A stretch of DNA of 64,000 nucleotides from Gammaproteobacteria bacterium (lineage in GTDB: Bacteria; Pseudomonadota; Gammaproteobacteria; JBCCGL01), in contig OZ255836.1 in NCBI GenBank assembly GCA_965277715.1, positions 2,880,001-2,944,000 of the forward strand. The letters run 5' to 3'. The translations under genes and the position numbers were made by a program. How positions within the stretch are numbered: position 1 is the stretch's first letter; every line of letters begins with the position of its first letter. The notes under the pieces are model-generated. The model was not told the origin of the DNA and ran no database searches. It worked only from the letters and a program-made list of their open reading frames with translations. Of this stretch, positions 56,549 to 64,000 are shown piece after piece.

Positions 56549-56612
56549 GGGATCAGATCTGTACCTAGGTGGCGCGATTATACGGAAAAACAAGACGCGA
56601 ACAGGCACTTAA

Positions 56613-56668
56613 ACCTAAATTCCGCAGTTGAATCGTAGCGAGGGCGTCTAAGGTGCTGAAGATTAGGT
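56613..56668. mobile_element. MITE-like element, family A copy 3, internally deleted (56 bp)
   Basis: First ~50 bp match family A and join directly to TTAGGT; TAA on both flanks (56610-56612, 56669-56671). Confidence 0.8.
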
Positions 56669-56900
56669 TAAAGCCTTTAGTGTGCATAGAAGAAGCTGAC
56701 AGGAATACCTTTACACCACGAGCGAAGCCTCTACAGCTCTTCTCAACACAAAACACGCCACAAAACCCTCACACGCCCTCAAATTTACGTTAAAGTACTC
56801 GGCTTTTCGACCTTAAACCTAAACCAAATACATTAGGTATTCACAATAACCCTAACGAACTTATTGTGGTTAAAAACCACTGATCGCCAGCAGGATCCCC

Positions 56901-59738
56901 GTGAGCAACTACAAAGATACACTAAACTTGCCCAGCACCGCCTTCCCCATGAAGGCCAACCTAGCCCAACGCGAACCAGACACACTGCGTGGCTGGAATG
57001 CCTGCGACATTTACCAGCGCATGCGCACAGCGGCGGCAGGCCGCGAAAAATTCGTCTTACACGATGGCCCTCCCTACGCCAACGGCACAATCCATATAGG
57101 CCACGCATTAAACAAAGTATTAAAAGACACCATCGTCAAATGCCGACAAATGGAAGGCTTCGACGCCCACTATATTCCCGGCTGGGACTGCCACGGCCTG
57201 CCCATCGAAAACCAGGTGGAAAAGAAAAGTGGCAAGCCCGGCATTAAAATCGATGAGGCCAGCTTTCGCCAACAGTGCCGCGAATACGCGCAAAAACAAA
57301 TCGAAGGACAACGCGAGGACTTTAAACGCCTGGGTGTTTTCGGTGACTGGGACAACCCCTACCTGACAATGGCCTTCCAAAACGAGGCCGATACAATCCG
57401 CGCACTGGCACAGATTGTCAGCAAAGGGCACGTATACAAGGGTACTAAACCTGTATATTGGAGCGTCGGTGCACACTCGGCACTGGCAGAAGCCGAGGTG
57501 GAATATCACGACAAAAAATCACTCTCCATCGATGTGCGCTTCACCCCACAAGACCCCGCCGCCCTGGCCCGTTTATTTGATACCGCGCCAAGCTGTCCCG
57601 TATCGGTGGTTATCTGGACGACCACGCCCTGGACACTGCCCGGCAATCAGGCAGTGGCGGTCAACCCTGAGCTGCGCTACGCATTGGTACAGTGCGAATT
57701 GGGCGCGGGCGCGGAGTGCATTGTTATCGCCGAGGCGATGGTCGAATCGGTGATGCAGCGCTACGGCGTTGAAGCGCACCAGGTATTGGGTACCTGCAGT
57801 GGTGCCGATCTTGAACACACTGTGCTGAAACACCCGTTTTATTCGCGTGATTCGCTTATGGTGATGGGTGATTACGTCACCACCGAGGCGGGCACCGGCT
57901 GTGTACACACGGCCCCGGATCACGGTGTTGACGATTTTAATACCGGTAAAAAATACGCGCTGGAATTACTCAACCCGGTCGACAGCAATGGCGTTTACGA
58001 AGCCCATATCGACCTGTTTGCCGGTGAGCACGTACACAAGGTCGACCAGCATATGCTGTCGGTGCTTGAGGCGCATGGTGCGCTGGTACACCAGGCATTA
58101 CTGACCCACAGCTACCCGTTTTGCTGGCGCACCAAAACCCCGATTATCTTTCGCGCCACGCCCCAGTGGTTTATCAGTATGGATACCCAAAACCTGCGCA
58201 CTGAAACACTCGCCGAGATTCGCAAAGTGCGCTGGGTTCCCACTTGGGGCCAGGCGCGTATCGAGGGTATGATCGAAAACCGGCCCGACTGGTGTATCTC
58301 CCGCCAGCGCTACTGGGGCATCCCGATTCCGTTTTTTGTGCACAAAGAAACCGGTGAATTACACCCGGATACAGCGTCGATTATGGAAACAGTGGCCCAA
58401 CACGTCGAGAAAGCCGGTATCCAGGCATGGTTTGATCTCGATGCGCACACGCTGATTGGCGACGATGCCAGCCAGTACGACAAATCCCACGATGTGCTGG
58501 ATGTGTGGTTTGACTCCGGCACCACCTGGTCACACGTGCTGCTGCCACGCGCACAGCAAACCTACCCGGCCGATATGTACCTGGAAGGTTCAGACCAGCA
58601 CCGTGGCTGGTTTCACTCCTCGATTCTTACCAGCGTGGCGATCAACAGCCAAGCCCCGTATAAGCAAGTGCTGACCCACGGCTATGTGGTCGACGGCAAG
58701 GGCCGCAAGATGTCTAAATCGGTGGGCAATGTCGTGGCGCCGCAAAAAGTCATCAATAACCTGGGCGCGGATATTATCCGTCTATGGGTATCCTCGACCG
58801 ATTACACCGGTGATGTCAGCGTCTCTGATGAGATTTTAAAGCGCACCGCCGATGTGTACCGCCGCATCCGCAATACCGCCCGCTTTCTGTTGGCCAATAT
58901 GGCGGGCTTCGACCCGCGCACCGACCTGCTGCCCGCAGAAGATATGCTGGCGCTGGATCGCTGGGCGGTCGACCAGGCGCGGCGCGTTCAGGAAACGGTG
59001 CGCGAGGCCTACCTCGACTACAACTTCCATCACGTTTACCAGCGTGTACACAACTTCTGTTCGGTGGAAATGGGTGGGTTTTACCTCGATATTATCAAAG
59101 ACCGGCAGTACACCACCCAGCACGATAGCGTGGCCCGCCGCTCCACACAAAGCGCGATGTTTCATATCATCCACGCGCTGGTGCGCTGGGTGGCGCCGGT
59201 ATTGAGTTTCACCGCCGAAGAGCTGTGGCGGCATATCCCCGGTAATAATGACTCACAGGATCCGCACGGTGATTCAGTGTTTTTGCACACCTGGTACACC
59301 GGGCTGTTCGCTTTGAATGATAACGACACGCTCAGCGCGGCGGAGTGGGATACCATAATCGAGATACGCGTGGCCGTGGCCAGGCAACTGGAGGCATTGC
59401 GTGTAGCCGGTGATATTGGCTCCTCGCTGGATGCCAATGTCACCCTTTACTGTGATGGCCCCCTGCAAAACACCCTGGCCAGGCTCGGCGATGAGCTGCG
59501 CTTTGTGTTAATCACCTCAGAGGCCCACCTGGCAGATACCGCAGACAAGGGCGATGCGCAGGCCGCCGAAACAGAACACCACACGCTGTGGATCGACGCA
59601 CGCACCAGCGGACACGCCAAGTGTGATCGCTGCTGGCACCATCGCGCCGATGTTGGCGCGCACAGCGTACACCCCACATTGTGTGGTCGCTGTGTGAGTA
59701 ATGTCGATGGTGACGGTGAGCAGCGCCGCTTTGCCTGA
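56901..59738 (+). CDS. ileS: Isoleucine--tRNA ligase (type 1)
   Basis: [35 protein letters not shown]-terminal CDRC...CGRC. Confidence 0.98.
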   Translation: MSNYKDTLNLPSTAFPMKANLAQREPDTLRGWNACDIYQRMRTAAAGREKFVLHDGPPYANGTIHIGHALNKVLKDTIVKCRQMEGFDAHYIPGWDCHGLPIENQVEKKSGKPGIKIDEASFRQQCREYAQKQIEGQREDFKRLGVFGDWDNPYLTMAFQNEADTIRALAQIVSKGHVYKGTKPVYWSVGAHSALAEAEVEYHDKKSLSIDVRFTPQDPAALARLFDTAPSCPVSVVIWTTTPWTLPGNQAVAVNPELRYALVQCELGAGAECIVIAEAMVESVMQRYGVEAHQVLGTCSGADLEHTVLKHPFYSRDSLMVMGDYVTTEAGTGCVHTAPDHGVDDFNTGKKYALELLNPVDSNGVYEAHIDLFAGEHVHKVDQHMLSVLEAHGALVHQALLTHSYPFCWRTKTPIIFRATPQWFISMDTQNLRTETLAEIRKVRWVPTWGQARIEGMIENRPDWCISRQRYWGIPIPFFVHKETGELHPDTASIMETVAQHVEKAGIQAWFDLDAHTLIGDDASQYDKSHDVLDVWFDSGTTWSHVLLPRAQQTYPADMYLEGSDQHRGWFHSSILTSVAINSQAPYKQVLTHGYVVDGKGRKMSKSVGNVVAPQKVINNLGADIIRLWVSSTDYTGDVSVSDEILKRTADVYRRIRNTARFLLANMAGFDPRTDLLPAEDMLALDRWAVDQARRVQETVREAYLDYNFHHVYQRVHNFCSVEMGGFYLDIIKDRQYTTQHDSVARRSTQSAMFHIIHALVRWVAPVLSFTAEELWRHIPGNNDSQDPHGDSVFLHTWYTGLFALNDNDTLSAAEWDTIIEIRVAVARQLEALRVAGDIGSSLDANVTLYCDGPLQNTLARLGDELRFVLITSEAHLADTADKGDAQAAETEHHTLWIDARTSGHAKCDRCWHHRADVGAHSVHPTLCGRCVSNVDGDGEQRRFA

Positions 59739-60372
59739 TATACACAAAACAAACCAGCCGTTTAAGGGGGCCGGAAAACTACAGCACTGGCTGGCGCTCA
59801 GTGTGCTATTACTAATCGCCGACCAGCTCAGTAAAACCTACGCCAATACCACATTAGTACTCTACCAGCCGGTAGCTGTGTTCCCTGGGTTAAACGCCAC
59901 GCTGGCCTATAACCCCGGTGCGGCATTCAGTTTTTTGAGCGATGCAGGAGGCTGGCAACGCTGGTTTTTTACCATCTTGAGTGCAGTGGTTAGCGTGGTG
60001 TTAATTATTTGGCTAAAGCGCTTGTGTGCAGCAACACACAGCCCACAAAATAACGCCTCGCGCCTGCTGGCCTGCGCCCTGGCATTCATTCTCAGTGGTG
60101 CAGTCGGCAACCTGGTCGATAGGGTGATTTATGGCTACGTTATCGATTTTATTCAGGTTTATTACAGCGCCGATAGCTGCTTTATTGGATTTAGCGGCGT
60201 GCGCGGCCACTGTTATTGGCCAGCATTCAATATTGCCGATGCGGCTATCTCTGTTGGTGCTGCGCTATTAATTGTTCAATCCTTTTCTGCTGATAACCGG
60301 GCCGACAATCCGGTCGATAACCAGGCCAATGATGATACCGACAAAAAGCCCCCTACAAATCACCCTGGCTAA
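59731..60372 (+). CDS. lspA: Lipoprotein signal peptidase; probable TTG start overlapping the ileS stop
   Basis: [35 protein letters not shown]. Confidence 0.93.
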   Translation: MPDIHKTNQPFKGAGKLQHWLALSVLLLIADQLSKTYANTTLVLYQPVAVFPGLNATLAYNPGAAFSFLSDAGGWQRWFFTILSAVVSVVLIIWLKRLCAATHSPQNNASRLLACALAFILSGAVGNLVDRVIYGYVIDFIQVYYSADSCFIGFSGVRGHCYWPAFNIADAAISVGAALLIVQSFSADNRADNPVDNQANDDTDKKPPTNHPG

Positions 60373-61288
60373 CCCGCGTGGGTTTTGCGCTGGGGTCGAC
60401 CGCGCTATTGAAATTGTCGAGCGGGCGCTGAGCCTCTACGGCGCGCCGATCTATGTACGTCACGAAGTGGTGCACAACCGCTTTGTGGTCGACAACCTGC
60501 GCGACAAAGGCGCCCTATTCGTCAACGAACTGGATGAAGTGCCAGACGGCGCCACGGTTATCTTCAGCGCTCACGGGGTTTCACACGCCGTCGAGCAGGA
60601 GGCCAACCGGCGTGACCTGCACGTCTTCGATGCCACCTGCCCGCTGGTGACCAAAGTGCATATGGAAGTGGTGCGCTACTCCCGCGAGGGCCGCGAGGTG
60701 GTGATGATAGGCCACGCCGGGCACCCGGAGGTGGAAGGCACACTGGGCCGCTATGACACCCACAGGGGCGGGCGCATCATCCTGGTCGAATCGCCGCAGG
60801 ATGTCGCCACCCTGGTGGTAAAAGACCCGGATAAACTGGCATTTGTCTCGCAGACCACCTTATCCGTCGACGACACACAAACCATTATCGACGCCCTCAA
60901 ACAGCGCTTTCCGCGCATCAAAACCCCCAACAAAGAAGACATTTGCTACGCCACCCAAAACCGCCAGGATGCTGTCAAGGCGCTGGCGCACAAAGTCGAT
61001 TTACTGTTGGTAGTAGGCGCCGCCAACAGCTCCAACTCCAACCGCCTGCGCGAACTGGGCGAGCGCGGTGGCATCGAGTCTTACCTGATTAACAAGGCCG
61101 ATGACATTCAGGATCAGTGGCTACAGGGTAAGCGACACGTGGGCGTTACCGCCGGGGCATCGGCACCCGAGGTGTTGGTGCAGCAGGTTATTACACTGCT
61201 CATCGGGCGTGGGCATGCCGTAGTTACAGAAGCCTCGGGGGTTGAGGAAACGGTGTCGTTTAGCATTCCCAAAAAGCTTTTGCATTAG
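60329..61288 (+). CDS. ispH: 4-hydroxy-3-methylbut-2-enyl diphosphate reductase
   Basis: [37 protein letters not shown]. Confidence 0.97.
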   Translation: MMIPTKSPLQITLANPRGFCAGVDRAIEIVERALSLYGAPIYVRHEVVHNRFVVDNLRDKGALFVNELDEVPDGATVIFSAHGVSHAVEQEANRRDLHVFDATCPLVTKVHMEVVRYSREGREVVMIGHAGHPEVEGTLGRYDTHRGGRIILVESPQDVATLVVKDPDKLAFVSQTTLSVDDTQTIIDALKQRFPRIKTPNKEDICYATQNRQDAVKALAHKVDLLLVVGAANSSNSNRLRELGERGGIESYLINKADDIQDQWLQGKRHVGVTAGASAPEVLVQQVITLLIGRGHAVVTEASGVEETVSFSIPKKLLH

Positions 61289-61484
61289 CGTTCCAGGAAA
61301 ACCAGGAGAGGTTTATTTACAGTGTGTTAACAGCCATGAATAAACGACCACAACTGTTCATAAAATAACCACCCAGGTTTTTAATTGCTCCGTATACTCG
61401 GGCAGGTTACCGTGCAGGCTTCACTCTCTATTCGGTAATTTTTAATCCAACAAACAGTTACTTTTTACTGGAGGAAAAACATAG

Positions 61485-62435
61485 ATGAAAATATTAAAGC
61501 ACTTTAAAAACACAATAGCGGCAGGGTCTCTTGCTGTCGCTCTAGCTGCATCAGGCGCTGCCAAAGCGGCCGACAGCACGGCACCGATCATCATTCCGAT
61601 ACACAACTGGTCCAGCCAGATTGTCATGGCCTACGTTATTGGCGGCATGTTCGAGTCCATGGGCAATAACGTCGAGTACGTGCCTGCGGACTCTCAGGCT
61701 GTGTACGAATCGATTCGCAACAGCGACGTGACAATTTCGCACGAAGTCTGGCAGTCGACTTTCGGTAAATCGTTCTACAACGCTATGGCCAAGGGCGGTC
61801 TAATTGACGCCGGTACCCACGAAGCGAGCACGCTCGAAGAAATGGGTGTTCCAACCTGGGTAATCGAAAAAGGCCTGTGCCCTGGTCTGCCTAAGTGGGA
61901 AGCGCTGAAAGATTGCCATGCAAACTTCACCACCGCTGATTCAGGCGGCAAAGGCCGCTGGTTGGAAGGCCCGCAAAGCTGGCACGGCAACCTGATGCCA
62001 GAGCGGCTTGAAGCACTCGGCCTCGCTGACAAGTGGACCGTTAAATTCGCTGGTGGCGCCGATGCACTGTGGACCGAACTGGCCTCTGCCAAGAAAGAGG
62101 GGCGCGGTACGATTATCTTTAACTGGACCCCGAACTTCACCGATGCCGAAGGCTTCACCTTCATCGAGTTCCCTCCTTACACCGCCGGTTGCCGTAAGGT
62201 TGACGGTGGCGATGGCAGTTGCGGATCGCCTAAAGGCTGGTTGAAGAAAGCGGCGAACTACAAGTTCCCGAAAACGCATCCGGCGGCCTATACAGCTTTC
62301 TCACAACTGTCGTTCACGACCACACAAGTTGGCCAAATGGCCGCCTTGGTCGACATTGAAAAAATGGACCATAAGGATGCCGGCAAGAAGTGGCTGGCGG
62401 ACAACGAAGCTGTCTGGAAACCCTGGACTCAGTAA
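61485..62435 (+). CDS. tmoX: TMAO/glycine-betaine family ABC substrate-binding protein (TmoX-like)
   Basis: PIIIPIHNWSSQIVM, DSQAVYESIR, CPGLPKW, FNWTPNF match TmoX as I recall it. Confidence 0.75.
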   Translation: MKILKHFKNTIAAGSLAVALAASGAAKAADSTAPIIIPIHNWSSQIVMAYVIGGMFESMGNNVEYVPADSQAVYESIRNSDVTISHEVWQSTFGKSFYNAMAKGGLIDAGTHEASTLEEMGVPTWVIEKGLCPGLPKWEALKDCHANFTTADSGGKGRWLEGPQSWHGNLMPERLEALGLADKWTVKFAGGADALWTELASAKKEGRGTIIFNWTPNFTDAEGFTFIEFPPYTAGCRKVDGGDGSCGSPKGWLKKAANYKFPKTHPAAYTAFSQLSFTTTQVGQMAALVDIEKMDHKDAGKKWLADNEAVWKPWTQ

Positions 62436-62462
62436 GCTGGCGGTAGATAAAAGCTGGAAACG

Positions 62463-62507
62463 AAAGCCCTCCTGGTGTTCAGTATCAAACCAGGGGGGCT
62501 TTTTTTT
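62463..62507 (+). terminator. Stem-loop with U-tract between the binding-protein and ATPase genes
   Basis: AAAGCCCTCCTGGT...ACCAGGGGGGCTTTTTTTT. Confidence 0.8.
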
Positions 62508-62579
62508 GGAAGCGATAAGGTATTTGCCCGCCTAAATGTGGTAGTTTTATAAGCTAATAACTAGATCAAGAAGTTAAAT

Positions 62580-63656
62580 ATGTCTTCACCATCTACAACA
62601 GCACCTGCAAATGAGCCGGTCATCCGTTGCGAATCGGTCTACATGATTTTTGGCGATAATGCGCACAGTATGCTGAAACAGGCCAATGGTGTCGTCGACG
62701 CCGCCAGATTCCAGGAAGCTGGATGCATTGTCGGGGTCAACAATGCCTCGTTCGAGGTGCACAAGGGCGAACTGCTGATCATTATGGGCTTGTCGGGTTC
62801 CGGCAAGTCGACACTGATGCGCTGCATTTCCCGGCTGAGCGAGGCGACCGCCGGGGAAATCTACATAGAAGGTGAAAATATTCTGGAGATGAATGACAAG
62901 GAGCTGATCAACTTGCGCCGCAGCAAGATGGGCATGGTGTTTCAGAGTTTCGCGCTCCTGCCCCACAAAACCGTACTGGAAAACATCGCCTTCCCATTGC
63001 AGGTCAAGGGCGTTAGTACTAAGGACAGCATAGCTCGGGCCAAGGAAATGGTGGACCTGGTGAGCCTCACCGGCCGCGAAAATTATTTCCCACGGCAGCT
63101 ATCAGGCGGCCAGCAACAGCGCGTCGGCATCGCCCGCTCGCTCGCGATTGAACCCGATATATGGTTTCTCGACGAGCCTTTTTCCGCGCTCGACCCGCTG
63201 ATCCGCAAGGAGATGCAGGATGAGTTCCTGCGGCTGCAGGGTGTTCTCGGCAAAACCATTTTATTTGTAACCCATGACTTTGACGAAGCCCTGCGCCTCG
63301 CCGACCGCATCGCGATCATGAAGGATGGCGTTATCGAGCAACTCGATACACCGGCCAATATCGTTCTCAACCCGGCCACCGAATACGTGCGCAAATTCAC
63401 CGAGGACGTACCGAGGGAAAAAGTGCTTAAGATTGAATCGGTGATGGACCCCTTCGACCCCAATGAGGACTTCAGTGATTTAAAGATTTCAAAAGACGCC
63501 ATTATCGAAACCGTGGCCGAAGTTATTCTGAGTGCCAACAAAGCCGTTGTGGTTGTCGATGACGCGGGCGAGACCGTGGGCTCATTGCATGCCTCCAAGG
63601 TGATTAGCATCCTGTTTGGCGGCCGTTCCGGTCACACCACCGGGCAAGCGTTATGA
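62580..63656 (+). CDS. Quaternary amine ABC ATPase (ProV/TmoW-like)
   Basis: GLSGSGKST, LSGGQQQRVG, FLDEPFSALDPLIR. Confidence 0.9.
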   Translation: MSSPSTTAPANEPVIRCESVYMIFGDNAHSMLKQANGVVDAARFQEAGCIVGVNNASFEVHKGELLIIMGLSGSGKSTLMRCISRLSEATAGEIYIEGENILEMNDKELINLRRSKMGMVFQSFALLPHKTVLENIAFPLQVKGVSTKDSIARAKEMVDLVSLTGRENYFPRQLSGGQQQRVGIARSLAIEPDIWFLDEPFSALDPLIRKEMQDEFLRLQGVLGKTILFVTHDFDEALRLADRIAIMKDGVIEQLDTPANIVLNPATEYVRKFTEDVPREKVLKIESVMDPFDPNEDFSDLKISKDAIIETVAEVILSANKAVVVVDDAGETVGSLHASKVISILFGGRSGHTTGQAL

Positions 63657-64000
63657 TCGAAGCACTCCGACAAAAGAAATACCTGCAGTTTGCACTGCTG
63701 TTAATTGTATTTATTGTACTGTGCATCAGCATTGCCCCGTCGGATAGCAATTACCTTTGGCGCCTGCCTCCGTTGCTCAAGGGGCTTCCGCTCATTATCA
63801 ACGATTCGGTCAACTACGTTTTGTACGATTGGTGGTTAATCGATGTCTGGGATCCAGATATTGAGGAATACGAACAAAAGCCGCTGATGAACCAGCTCAC
63901 CCGCTCAGCCTCGGGTGTAATTCTGTTCCTTATCGAGTTTATTCGCGAAATCATGTTGGGTGGCGTGAAGACGATTGTCACCTTCACGAGTTGGGATTGG
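63653..64000 (+). CDS. ABC permease (ProW/TmoV-like), truncated by the window end
   Basis: ATGA overlap with the ATPase stop; open frame MIEALRQKKYLQFALLLIVFIVLCI... to the window end. Confidence 0.75.
   Translation, partial: MIEALRQKKYLQFALLLIVFIVLCISIAPSDSNYLWRLPPLLKGLPLIINDSVNYVLYDWWLIDVWDPDIEEYEQKPLMNQLTRSASGVILFLIEFIREIMLGGVKTIVTFTSWDW

Overview
Chromosomal segment of a marine-type gammaproteobacterium, judged from the 16S/23S rRNA and gene synteny; the genus cannot be assigned by eye. It is mostly housekeeping genes: a Fur-boxed FbpABC iron transporter, glnE-ilvE, an LPS core locus with an AT-rich variable part, dapA, moaA, a complete rRNA operon on the - strand, tyrS-M23-anmK, hemCDXY-algZR-argH, ttcA and ileS-lspA-ispH. 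Scattered among these are genes for methylated-amine and osmolyte use (betaine-type OYE, tmpAB, dimethylglycine dehydrogenase-like, TmoXWV-like). No transposase, phage or CRISPR array was seen. The most interesting signals are non-coding or very small. (1) A complete classical ribosome-mediated attenuator sits in front of dapA: promoter, 19-aa leader with three Lys codons, antiterminator and terminator. (2) A MITE-like family (ACCT...AGGT ends, 3-bp TWA target duplications) folds into one long hairpin with G-U pairs and a compensatory change, and its copies sit just upstream of start codons. (3) A second repeat family consists of 48-bp palindromes bounded by CTAG. (4) ERIC-like hairpins lie in the rRNA ITS. 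(5) Short in-frame tandem duplications recur inside housekeeping proteins. All family assignments come from motif recognition, not database searches.
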